64,000 nucleotides of DNA from Candidatus Hydrogenedentota bacterium (GTDB lineage Bacteria > Hydrogenedentota > Hydrogenedentia > Hydrogenedentales > SLHB01): assembly GCA_045863295.1 (NCBI GenBank), contig BTWA01000031.1:1-64000 (forward strand), given 5' to 3'. Shown piece after piece: positions 47,396 through 56,694 of the stretch. The position numbers were made by a program, and so were the translations under genes. Position 1 is the stretch's first letter, and every line of letters starts with the position of its first letter. Under the pieces are notes generated by a model. It worked only from the letters and a program-made list of their open reading frames with translations, did no database searches and was not told where the DNA came from.

Positions 47396-48838
47396 GTGAA
47401 TCAGAATGCCATCTACTTCATCAACACCGCAGTCAGTCGGCGAGCCTTTCTTCAAATGGCGTCGGCATGCGTGGGTGCGTCGCTTGTGCGATCCGCATTC
47501 GCGGATCAGCAAGCCAAACCCAACATCGTCCTCATTCTCATCGACGATCTCGGGTGGATGGATTTCGGGTGTTATGGAAACACCGTCATCGACACGCCTA
47601 ACTTCGACCGCCTTGCGCGAGAGGGCATGCGATTCACAAACGCCTATGCGAACTGCCCCGTCTGTTCCCCCAGCCGCGCTGCCATTCTAACGGGCAAGTA
47701 TCCGGCACGATTACGCTTCACGGGACACATCACCGCAACGGGAAAACACCGCCATCCAGAAAACAGCGCCATTCTTCCGCCGGACGATCGCATGCATGTG
47801 CCATTGGAAGAAACGTCGCTGGCCGAAGCGCTGAATCACGCAGGATACGTATCCGCGCACGTCGGCAAGTGGCACGTGGGGGAGGAGGGCTATTGGCCCG
47901 AGCAGCAGGGTTTCGACGTGAACATCGGCGGATGGACCGCCGGGAGTCCTCCGAGTTATTGGTATCCGTATACCCGGCCTGGAGTGGAATGGAATCCGGC
48001 AATACCCACCCTGCAGGGAGGCAAAGAAGGGGAATACCTCACCGATCGCTTGACCGACGAGTCTATCGCGTTCATCGAGGCCAATCGAGACAAACCCTTC
48101 TTCCTGAACCTCTGGCATTATGCCGTTCACACGCCGCTGCAGGCACTACCGGATCTCGTCAAAAAGTATAAGGCAAAAGTGAAACTGTCCGATCGCAAGA
48201 TCGATCCCGTTTATGCCGCTATGGTGGAACGCACGGATGCACAAGTAGGCCGAATCCTCGATGCACTCGACCGCCTCGGCCTTACAGACAATACCGCCAT
48301 CATCGTGACGTCGGATAACGGCGGCCTCAGTACCGCCACGGACAACCGGCCACTGCGAGAAGGCAAAGGCTTCCTCTACGAAGGCGGCATCCGCGTGCCG
48401 CTCGTCGTGAAATGGCCGGGACACACGCCCCCCGGCGCCGAGTGCGAGACCCCCGTCATCGGCGCGGATTTGTATCCCACCATTGCGCACATGGCGAGTG
48501 CCGGGGAAAGCACCGTGGATGGAGTCGACCTCACATCGCTTCTGCACGGCGAACAGTACTTCCCTGAACGTCCCCTCTTCTGGTACTACCCCCACTACAG
48601 TCCGCAGGCCAACCAACCCGGCGCCGCCGTGCGCCTCGGGCAGTTCAAACTGATCGAACACTACGATCCACCAGGAATTGAACTGTACGATTTGCATGCT
48701 GACCCCAGTGAGAAATTGGATTTGGCCGCCGCATCAAAGGAAAGGGCCGCCGCGATGTCGGGAATGCTGAAGCAGTGGCTGGTCGATGTCAACGCGCAAA
48801 TGCATACCGCGAACAATTCCATTCCATTGACCCCTTGA
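47396..48838 (+). CDS. Sulfatase (Cys-type, FGly-dependent) with a Tat-like signal
   Basis: SRRAFL; PNIVLILIDDLG; CSPSRAAILTG; GKWH; TSDNGG; EGGIRVP. Confidence 0.95.
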   Translation: MNQNAIYFINTAVSRRAFLQMASACVGASLVRSAFADQQAKPNIVLILIDDLGWMDFGCYGNTVIDTPNFDRLAREGMRFTNAYANCPVCSPSRAAILTGKYPARLRFTGHITATGKHRHPENSAILPPDDRMHVPLEETSLAEALNHAGYVSAHVGKWHVGEEGYWPEQQGFDVNIGGWTAGSPPSYWYPYTRPGVEWNPAIPTLQGGKEGEYLTDRLTDESIAFIEANRDKPFFLNLWHYAVHTPLQALPDLVKKYKAKVKLSDRKIDPVYAAMVERTDAQVGRILDALDRLGLTDNTAIIVTSDNGGLSTATDNRPLREGKGFLYEGGIRVPLVVKWPGHTPPGAECETPVIGADLYPTIAHMASAGESTVDGVDLTSLLHGEQYFPERPLFWYYPHYSPQANQPGAAVRLGQFKLIEHYDPPGIELYDLHADPSEKLDLAAASKERAAAMSGMLKQWLVDVNAQMHTANNSIPLTP

Positions 48839-48941
48839 CTGCGGCTGCAGGATAACCAAGCCCGTCCAAGCGGAGAAACCCGCCTGAGCCTCACACTCAG
48901 TTGTTAGGCAGTTGACGAAGAAACCGCCAGTTCGTTACCCA

Positions 48942-50543
48942 TTATGAGGTCGGTACAAGAGGCGAAGCTTGCGAACCACCGTTTTCATTACGGTCAGAAG
49001 GCAATGTATTTAACACATCGCGCGCCCACAATACTGCAATCGGCGCCCACATGGGATAGAGCGTAGCCCACTGCGTCGCAAGACCACCCATGGAGATACC
49101 GGTCGCACCCGCCGCGGCCATACCGACGCTGGGTACGCCCCAAAGCATCGCAATTCCGATAAACGCCACAACCTCGGTAACCAAGACCCCTATGAACACG
49201 CGAATCATACGTGTCTTCAACCGCACAAATTGTACGCCGCATACAAGCAGGATCAAATAACAGACCGACATGAGCATGCTAAAGAAAAGATAGATAGGAA
49301 AGAAAAAAGGTGTGGACTCCATATCGGAATGGTCTATCAAGACACTTATGACGATAGGCAAGGTGTACATAATGCCAAGCGCGCCAAATACCAGAGTAAG
49401 CAGGCCCAACGCAACCATGACACCCTTCGCCATGCGAAGCCGGCCCAGATATATATTCGCTGTCGGTGGAAATAGTATGTAGCCGACCCGGTCGTGTCTT
49501 CTGGAGATCCATCTAAACGCCGCTCCCAGTACAAAAAGGTAGTACGTGCTTCTCCAGAAACGAGGTGGCACTTCAGCAAGTGGAGAGTGACGGTTCACAG
49601 GAATGTTCTCTGCGCCGTTCAACGCAAATAAAAACTCGGTAATGAGTACCATGCCAGGTCCAATCAGCATCATGATGCCGAATCCCAGGAACAGTCCGCC
49701 CAATGCGCTGGCCACTTTCGGGAAGGCCGGTGCCGAGCACTGCCTGTTTGATTCGAGAATCGACGGACCGTGCATAATCGATTCGCTGCGGGAGACCAAT
49801 ACCATGCCCGGCAGCAACAGGGTTAAACCAGCGAATCGAAGCCAATCATCCATTCGCTGTGCCACGTCGTCCGTTAGTGCCAGACTGTCCCGTAAAATAT
49901 CGATAAGGAATCCCGCCGGCAACAAAACGAACGGCGACAGAACAAACATTACTCCGGTTGTCCAGCATACCTTGCCAAGCCAACGGCGTTCGATCGGATT
50001 GAAAAAGTCGCGCGGCACAAACACATACCCCGCGGTCTCCCGGCGGCGGATAATCCAGTACCAACACAACCCCAACCCCACAGCCAGGGCTCCGTAACGC
50101 AACTGCCCTGATTGAGCAGCCTCTAAAATGCCCGATATGTCCAGTTGCAGTATCGATCGGCCGTCGGTTGACTTCACCAGCATACCCAATCCAATCGTAT
50201 TCGCCAGCGGCAAGCCGATCAGGACAATTCCGATCGCTGTCAGCAAATAGGGCCCCAGAAGCGAAGTGCGCTCCGCATCATCCGGAGGCCAAGCGTAGGG
50301 CTCGATCCGTGATCGCCAATACGATCCCGTTGAATACAACAGAAGCCCCAAAACCAGCGGAACCGCTCCCGCGAGGGTAAGCACAATGGCCGCGTTCGCA
50401 ATTGGAAGTTCATCCAACCCCAGCCACCGGCGAACCGGCGGTTCGCCGGCTAAGTAACCGGCGGCCGACAGGAAGATCACAGGCGCGAACAAAAGGATTC
50501 GTCCCAGCACCATCAGTATTTTGGAGGCGAACAAGGCTTTCAT
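48942..50543 (-). CDS. Hypothetical polytopic membrane protein with an internal duplication
   Basis: About 12 hydrophobic segments; C-terminal domain paralogous to the neighbouring gene. Confidence 0.75.
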   Translation of the reverse strand: MKALFASKILMVLGRILLFAPVIFLSAAGYLAGEPPVRRWLGLDELPIANAAIVLTLAGAVPLVLGLLLYSTGSYWRSRIEPYAWPPDDAERTSLLGPYLLTAIGIVLIGLPLANTIGLGMLVKSTDGRSILQLDISGILEAAQSGQLRYGALAVGLGLCWYWIIRRRETAGYVFVPRDFFNPIERRWLGKVCWTTGVMFVLSPFVLLPAGFLIDILRDSLALTDDVAQRMDDWLRFAGLTLLLPGMVLVSRSESIMHGPSILESNRQCSAPAFPKVASALGGLFLGFGIMMLIGPGMVLITEFLFALNGAENIPVNRHSPLAEVPPRFWRSTYYLFVLGAAFRWISRRHDRVGYILFPPTANIYLGRLRMAKGVMVALGLLTLVFGALGIMYTLPIVISVLIDHSDMESTPFFFPIYLFFSMLMSVCYLILLVCGVQFVRLKTRMIRVFIGVLVTEVVAFIGIAMLWGVPSVGMAAAGATGISMGGLATQWATLYPMWAPIAVLWARDVLNTLPSDRNENGGSQASPLVPTS

Positions 50544-50555
50544 TGCGAGTCTCGA

Positions 50556-51365
50556 TCACATGGTCGCGTGCGGTATGACCTCGTCGATATTGTCCATGTC
50601 CCTATCGTTTTCCGGATTGCCTTCACCCACATTTAGCCGATCGGATGCCCACGTAGCCAACAAGGGCGCCCACACAGGAAAGAGTAAAAGGCCCTGAAAG
50701 ACCAATCCCCCACTGGCAACGCCCGCGGCGGCGGATATGTTCGATCCAAATCCGGGAATCACGGAGATCGCAATCATCGTGAAAAAGTAGACGATCTCGC
50801 AAAGCAGGATTCCGATGAACAAGGACAAGATCCCGTTTCGCGCTCGAATGAAGTGCCAACCGCAATACGCAAGGCCAAGGAAAGAAGCGACGCATATACC
50901 CGACATGACACAGTACACGGGGTAAAAATAGTGAAGCTCGTGTTCAACTGTCAGCTCTTGCAGGTACGAAACTCGGGATAAGGAGACCGTATTATACAAA
51001 AGCCCCGCCACGGCTACGAACAACGTCACGGCTCCGACGGCCACAAGGACGATTCGCGCGTCTCGCACTTGTCCAGAGGCCAACTTCTGGCCGTAATACG
51101 CTCTCATCCACGCAGGATCTTGCCGGCTACGTACGCGCTTTCGCCAGATCAGCCCTGCCGCGATCAGGAATGCGCCTGGAACGACAAAATTCATCCCGAA
51201 TACGGTCATCAAGAACCCGGATTGAATGCCCGAATGCGCTTGATCGCTGCGGCTTTCGAAGTTCGCGGCCATTGTGGAGGTAGTTATCACAAGGCCCCAC
51301 AGTGGTCCGGTGAGAAAAACGACTCCCAAAGCCAACAGCATTTTCGGTCCACGTATGGCCTTCAT
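50556..51365 (-). CDS. Hypothetical membrane protein; N-terminal hairpin resembles MotA/TolQ/ExbB
   Basis: AGGAGG RBS; about 6 TM segments; shares its C-terminal domain with 48942-50543. Confidence 0.75.
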   Translation of the reverse strand: MKAIRGPKMLLALGVVFLTGPLWGLVITTSTMAANFESRSDQAHSGIQSGFLMTVFGMNFVVPGAFLIAAGLIWRKRVRSRQDPAWMRAYYGQKLASGQVRDARIVLVAVGAVTLFVAVAGLLYNTVSLSRVSYLQELTVEHELHYFYPVYCVMSGICVASFLGLAYCGWHFIRARNGILSLFIGILLCEIVYFFTMIAISVIPGFGSNISAAAGVASGGLVFQGLLLFPVWAPLLATWASDRLNVGEGNPENDRDMDNIDEVIPHATM

Positions 51366-51475
51366 GCCTGCCTCCTAACCCGCGTCCTACAATACTATAG
51401 TCTGTGTTTTCAGGCAACCGCCCCTAAGACGGAGGATTGGTTTGTCGAGTCTCCGCGCTTGCCACGCGGTGCGAT

Positions 51476-53032
51476 CTAACCGTGCCGGCTGTTTCCTCGA
51501 CTTCGATACGCATCCAACAATTCCTGCAATTCCTTCACCAACTCCGGCTCATCGCTAAACAGATTTTTCGTCTCGCCGGGGTCCGATGCCATGTCGTAGA
51601 GTTGCCCCGGCGGGTCGCCTTCCTGTCCGGGGCCTGACCAACCGCCGGACCCTTTGCCTTCGATGTATTTCCATGGCCCCTTGCGAATTGCGAACATGCC
51701 TTGCACCGAATGATGGACCAGGGCCTCGCGAATAGGGGCCGTATTCGTTCCTTCAAACGCGGCCAGCATATTGCAGCTGTCTCCAGCCGCGCCTTCCGGA
51801 ATTACATATCCCGTGATCGCCGCGAGCGTGGCCGCAAGATCCATCGAGCAAATCAGCTCGTCCGACACCTCACCCTCGGGCACGTGCCCCGGCCAGCGCA
51901 CGACAAACGGCACACGATGTCCGCCTTCCCAGATATCCGCCTTGATGCCGCGAAAGATGTGACTGGGATTGTGGCCGAAGCGCCGCAGCGATCCCACTTC
52001 GCCGTTCATGTTCTCACCGTCCCGCGCGGGCGATCCATTGTCGCTCGTAAAAATGAGAATTGTATTCTCCACCTGCCCCGTTTCCTCCAAAGCCTGCATA
52101 ACGCGTCCGACGGTATCGTCTACCTGGCAGACATAATCCCCATACCGATGCGCCATGCTCTTGCCGATGAATTCCGCAGCGGGTGCGACGGGCGTATGCG
52201 GCGCGGTCAGCGGGAAGTACAGAAAGAACGGACCTTCAATTTTGTTGAAGGGATCATCGCCCGGTTTCGCCTTGATGAAATCGACGGCCTTCTGCGTGAT
52301 CGCGGGCATGACGGCATCCAGCTTCCAGCCTTCCACCATCGGCCCCGGCGTGCCAAACATCGCGTCGGGCTTCGGCACCGTGGGTATCGCCGTTACGCGG
52401 TCGTTCTCAATAAAGCAATACGGCGCGAAGTTCGGCACGTCATCGCCAAAATAATAATGAAAACCCCGCGTGGTGGGTCCTTCGCCGATCGGCTGCGCGA
52501 AATCCACCTTCCACCCGAACGGATCGCGCACCGCCGGATCGCTTTTGCCGATGGCTACCATGTCATTCACGCGAGAACCGTCCGCCGTCGGCCAATGCCA
52601 CCCCAGGTGCCACTTGCCAATACAGGCCGTTGTATACCCCTGGTCCCGCAACATGTGGCCAATCGTCCAACGGTCTCTGTCAATCAACGGCTCATCCCAC
52701 GTCCAGAGCACGTGCTCCTTGAGCCGCGACCGCCATGCGTACTCCCCGGTCAGGATGCTGTAGCGGGTCGGGGAGCACACCGCACTTGACGAGTGCGCAT
52801 CCGTAAAACGCATGCCTTGTGTTGCCAGGCGGTCCAGATTCGGCGTGGGTATCTTCGATTCCGGGTTTTGGCATGCCATGTCGCCAAAGCCCATGTCGTC
52901 CGCAAGGATGAAGACGATGTTGGGCCGAAGCGACGATGCTTCGGGCGCCGCGGAACGCATGGTTGATGCCGCAAGTGTTGCGGCTACGGCCGACTTCAAA
53001 AAATCCCTGCGCGACCTCATGACGGTGTGCAT
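51476..53032 (-). CDS. Arylsulfatase-like sulfatase with a Tat signal
   Basis: SRRDFLK; PNIVFILADDMG; CSPTRYSILTG; GKWHLG; TSDNG; EGGHRVP. Confidence 0.95.
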   Translation of the reverse strand: MHTVMRSRRDFLKSAVAATLAASTMRSAAPEASSLRPNIVFILADDMGFGDMACQNPESKIPTPNLDRLATQGMRFTDAHSSSAVCSPTRYSILTGEYAWRSRLKEHVLWTWDEPLIDRDRWTIGHMLRDQGYTTACIGKWHLGWHWPTADGSRVNDMVAIGKSDPAVRDPFGWKVDFAQPIGEGPTTRGFHYYFGDDVPNFAPYCFIENDRVTAIPTVPKPDAMFGTPGPMVEGWKLDAVMPAITQKAVDFIKAKPGDDPFNKIEGPFFLYFPLTAPHTPVAPAAEFIGKSMAHRYGDYVCQVDDTVGRVMQALEETGQVENTILIFTSDNGSPARDGENMNGEVGSLRRFGHNPSHIFRGIKADIWEGGHRVPFVVRWPGHVPEGEVSDELICSMDLAATLAAITGYVIPEGAAGDSCNMLAAFEGTNTAPIREALVHHSVQGMFAIRKGPWKYIEGKGSGGWSGPGQEGDPPGQLYDMASDPGETKNLFSDEPELVKELQELLDAYRSRGNSRHG

Positions 53033-53395
53033 GCGATATCCGCCCTGTGTGTGTTGTGCCGATGCTTGAGTATAAAACATGGCAAGTCGATGACAACGCT
53101 TTTTCTCTTGATGGTTGCTCGTTCCTTGCGTTTCTTGCCGGTCTGCCCGTGCGGCGTATTTCGAGGTGCGCGTCATACACCCAAGGCTCTGAGGTGAGGC
53201 CAATGCCCCCTATAGTCTTGCCTTTTCCGTTGCATTTCCTTAGCGGATTGAAACAAGGGTAAATGATGGAATTGCGCGATTTTCGCATCTATGGTTTGGC
53301 GCGGAATGCGTAGTTGCGGTGCAGGGGACCGTCCACGTTTTAATTCGTAGTCCCTGAATTTTTCTAAATTTACTGTGGATTTAAACCCGTACCGC

Positions 53396-55225
53396 TCAGT
53401 CTGCTCGACCGATTACCACGTAATTCCACACCAGATTCCGGCCCTCGGCAGCGATCCCGATATCCGCCGGCGTGGATACGGGATCGCCGTTGGGATCGTA
53501 GACCGTTACGACGTACTGTTGATTGGCTTCGACCTGTTCGATGGAATACTCGCCTTCCGACCCGATCACCGCTGAATAAGGGGGGATTTCCTCGTCGGTT
53601 GGGCCATCTTCATGGCTCAATGCATCTATTTCCACGGTATATCCGTGCGCGGGTTGGCCATTGGCAAGCGAGACTCGCCCCAATACGCGGGTTGTGCCGG
53701 CCATCTGCAATTCGAGTAATTGACCGGCGCTTACTTCAATATCGCCAAACACAGTCCGGCCGTAATCGCCGTGGAATATGTAGAAAGTGAGCTTGCCCTG
53801 ATCCGGAGGCAGGCTTAAGTAGAATGTCCCATCCTGTTGAGTCTGAATTGAAAAGGCCGTATCCGCACAAAACACAGTCGCGTCAGCCAATCGAGTTCTC
53901 GAAGGCGAGAACACGATCCCTTCGATGCTCCCTCCCGGCAAAAGCGTGAAGTTGACGTTGTCAATCACTGCGCCCGGCGAAATAGTCACTTCACCCTCCG
54001 TCCGGTTCTCAACCACGTAGTCGCGCGCATTCACCGATACCAACGCGGCCCCGTCGAACCGTATACCCGTAAGTTCATACCATCCGTCCGCGCCAGTGAC
54101 CCCGTACGATATGTGTCGCCCATTGCCGAGTATCCGGCTTAGCGTGGAAGCATTGTCGAAGCCCGGCTTCGTAATCGGAATTCCCGGCGCCACGAGCGCC
54201 ACCTGAGCCCCGGCGACCGGGTGTCCTTCGTGATTCGTGACCGATCCGCGGACCCGGGCATATAGAGAAGGATCGGCAATTTCACCGGGTTCAAGCGCCG
54301 GCCTTATTGACGCACGCAATGCGCTAACTAGATCCGCAGCCGGTTTTGGACCGGCAGGGGACTCCAAGGGTGCGGCCAATTCACCCGCCGCCCGATCCAT
54401 TTCCACGCGCGGCAGGGTGTTCTTCGGAATCGTTGCGATCGGTGTTTGTTCCGGTATCAGCATGTATACAGCGGCAACAACGACAGTGGCCACGGCAATA
54501 CCCGCGACGGCTTTTTTCACGGCCAATCCTCCCAACATCCAATAGGCGCTTTGCGTAGAGGCCAACGCGGATCCGGCGGGTGCGGCAATGTGTCCCGTGC
54601 CGGCCAAGGCCAGTTTGGCTAAAGACAACGACAATCGTGCAGGAACTTCCGCGGATACCGCGCCCTCCAAAAGAGAAACCACCGCGATTGCCGGCAAAGG
54701 TACGCCGGACTTTGTTAATACAGCCCGCAACGCGTCTATTGCCCTTTTTAGCCGGTGCGACACGGCTTGCTGGGTAATTCCTTGCTCCTCCGCAATTTCT
54801 TGTTGTGTGCGGCCTTGCAGAAAATGGGCAACGATAAGGTTTCGCTCGTTTTCGGCAAGCGCTGCAATGGCGGCGTCAACGTGCTGCACTAGATCGTCCA
54901 AGGGAATTCTCGAATGTGCATTTCCGGCCTGAACACCGCTCCGTTCCGCGCGTTTCCGGCGTCGCGAGTCCATCTTCCGGCGATCGAGCGAACGGGTCGT
55001 GGCCACCCGGTGAAGCCATGGACCAATGAATTCCGCGATATGGGCAGGAGCCTGCGCAAGCAACACAAAGCAGTCTTGCGTAATCTCTTCGGCATCGTGG
55101 CTGTTCCGGAGAATCCGCAAGCACGTCCCATACACCATGCGCGAATGCCGTTGAATCAGGGCATGGAACGCTTCGCCATCCCGGCGAGTCTGCCATTGCT
55201 TTAATAGTTCGGCCTCGTGGGTCAT
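53396..55225 (-). CDS. ECF sigma factor fused to a TM helix and extracytoplasmic carboxypeptidase-regulatory-like domains
   Basis: DAEEITQDCF, WLHRVA, TQQEIAEEQGITQQAVSHRL; TM KKAVAGIAVATVVVAAVYML; repeats VRGSVTNHEGHPVAGAQV and VLGRVSLANGQPAHG. Start ATG 55225 or 55234. Confidence 0.85.
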   Translation of the reverse strand: MTHEAELLKQWQTRRDGEAFHALIQRHSRMVYGTCLRILRNSHDAEEITQDCFVLLAQAPAHIAEFIGPWLHRVATTRSLDRRKMDSRRRKRAERSGVQAGNAHSRIPLDDLVQHVDAAIAALAENERNLIVAHFLQGRTQQEIAEEQGITQQAVSHRLKRAIDALRAVLTKSGVPLPAIAVVSLLEGAVSAEVPARLSLSLAKLALAGTGHIAAPAGSALASTQSAYWMLGGLAVKKAVAGIAVATVVVAAVYMLIPEQTPIATIPKNTLPRVEMDRAAGELAAPLESPAGPKPAADLVSALRASIRPALEPGEIADPSLYARVRGSVTNHEGHPVAGAQVALVAPGIPITKPGFDNASTLSRILGNGRHISYGVTGADGWYELTGIRFDGAALVSVNARDYVVENRTEGEVTISPGAVIDNVNFTLLPGGSIEGIVFSPSRTRLADATVFCADTAFSIQTQQDGTFYLSLPPDQGKLTFYIFHGDYGRTVFGDIEVSAGQLLELQMAGTTRVLGRVSLANGQPAHGYTVEIDALSHEDGPTDEEIPPYSAVIGSEGEYSIEQVEANQQYVVTVYDPNGDPVSTPADIGIAAEGRNLVWNYVVIGRAD

Positions 55226-55337
55226 ATCGATCATCCAGCTTCCGCCAGCGTGGGCTCTGACTGCTATAACGACGCCGGAGGCACAGATACAAATAATCCA
55301 TCGCAAATAGAAGGCCGTTGGCGCTGAGCGTGGCTAT

Positions 55338-56549
55338 TCACACGTCAAAATGGTCAAGAAGCCAATTCGCCACGTGCTCGCCTAGGCCAATGCACTGAGT
55401 GATACCCCGGCCGTTTGACGGCTGCACATAGAGTGTCATAATCGGCGCGTTCAGCATCTGGACGGTCGGATTGCCCATCGGTTGCACGCATCGTGCGTAA
55501 CTGGCGATTGACGTAGCGGTTAGAGGCATGTGGCCGGCCGGGTCACCGGGCAATACGGATCGATGCACCAGGCGTCCCAACTGATCCCGAATTCTTGCCG
55601 CGCATTCGGGGGTGTTGGCGGCGGCCTGTTCCCAGTTCGTAAAGTGCGTGTCCAGCATGCGGCGCAACCCAGGCACATCGGTCAGCAACGGATGGATGTC
55701 GAACTCCCGTACGGCCTCCTGCAAATGCGGCTTGATTCGTTGACGCGCTGCACCAAAAATCTCGTAGCGCGCAATGGTCGCTTCGCCGGCCACCGAGTAG
55801 TCGAGCGAAGGCATGTGAGCGGGGGACCGGTAATCGAACACATGCAAAAATGTTGTCTCCGATTCGGGTAAGGCGCTTGGAAACAACAACCGGTGCACTC
55901 CCGTGCATAGAATGGCAGCCCGCGCGGCAAGCCGGACGGTTTCCGATGCGGATGCCGCGATGAAATGCGTTCCGTCGAATTCCGTCACGGTATAGCCAAA
56001 ATAGGGCCGGACGGATTCATGCGACGCGGCCCATTGGGCAAGTTCCACAACCAGCCGCCGTGGATCAACCGCGAGCGCGGACTCATCGCACACTGCGAAT
56101 GCGATGTCACCGGCCTTTAAGAATGGAAAGCGGGCGAGATCCTGTCCATAGATATGTTTGAACGATCTCAGGCGTCCCTCGCACCATGCGGCATCGAGGG
56201 CATCGCGCGCGGCGATATCCACAGCTTCATTGCCATTGCGCGCACACACCAACCACGGCCGATGTGAAACCGAAATGATATTGGCACGCGCCATATCATT
56301 CATAGCGGCCAGTGTCCGCCGCGCGAGATGGCTTGCCAACGTATCCGGATCGAACGAGTTCGCCAGTATCTGACCCGCTGCGTACGGGCCGCTCGCACTC
56401 AGGCCATCAAAGGAGCCTTCCAACGGCCGGTTCGAGTCAAACCAGAGTATCCGGCCCCGGCGCTTTGGATGCGCCGCCAGCGCAGCCACCGTGGCCGCGC
56501 CCACCGGCCCTCCGCCCACGACCGCAATGTCGTCCGTCACCTCACGCAC
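55338..56549 (-). CDS. FAD-dependent oxidoreductase (DAO/glycine oxidase-like, divergent)
   Basis: DIAVVGGGPVG, AVDPRRL, AILCTG, C-terminal NGRGITQCIGLGEHVA. Confidence 0.7.
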   Translation of the reverse strand: MREVTDDIAVVGGGPVGAATVAALAAHPKRRGRILWFDSNRPLEGSFDGLSASGPYAAGQILANSFDPDTLASHLARRTLAAMNDMARANIISVSHRPWLVCARNGNEAVDIAARDALDAAWCEGRLRSFKHIYGQDLARFPFLKAGDIAFAVCDESALAVDPRRLVVELAQWAASHESVRPYFGYTVTEFDGTHFIAASASETVRLAARAAILCTGVHRLLFPSALPESETTFLHVFDYRSPAHMPSLDYSVAGEATIARYEIFGAARQRIKPHLQEAVREFDIHPLLTDVPGLRRMLDTHFTNWEQAAANTPECAARIRDQLGRLVHRSVLPGDPAGHMPLTATSIASYARCVQPMGNPTVQMLNAPIMTLYVQPSNGRGITQCIGLGEHVANWLLDHFDV

Positions 56550-56694
56550 AGCAGTGCCCTCCCGCGATCAATGTACCGGAAGTGGCCATTGCCAGCGAAG
56601 TTGCGCGGACGTATTGCACCAACCCGGATTCGGGTATACAGTATCGGCCCATGCGCTCTGCCAGGAGACATGGCTGCGCGGGGGGAATGCGGGA

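Noticed and set aside
19051..51365. Functional pairing of the secretin ExbD-like domain with the ExbB-like hairpin at 51174-51317
   Set aside because: They are about 30 kb apart, and the secretin domain lacks the ExbD TM helix with its Asp; nothing links them.
53323..53360. REP-like element (GGGGAC...GTCCCT)
   Set aside because: Only a short imperfect stem, not clearly repeated elsewhere in the window.
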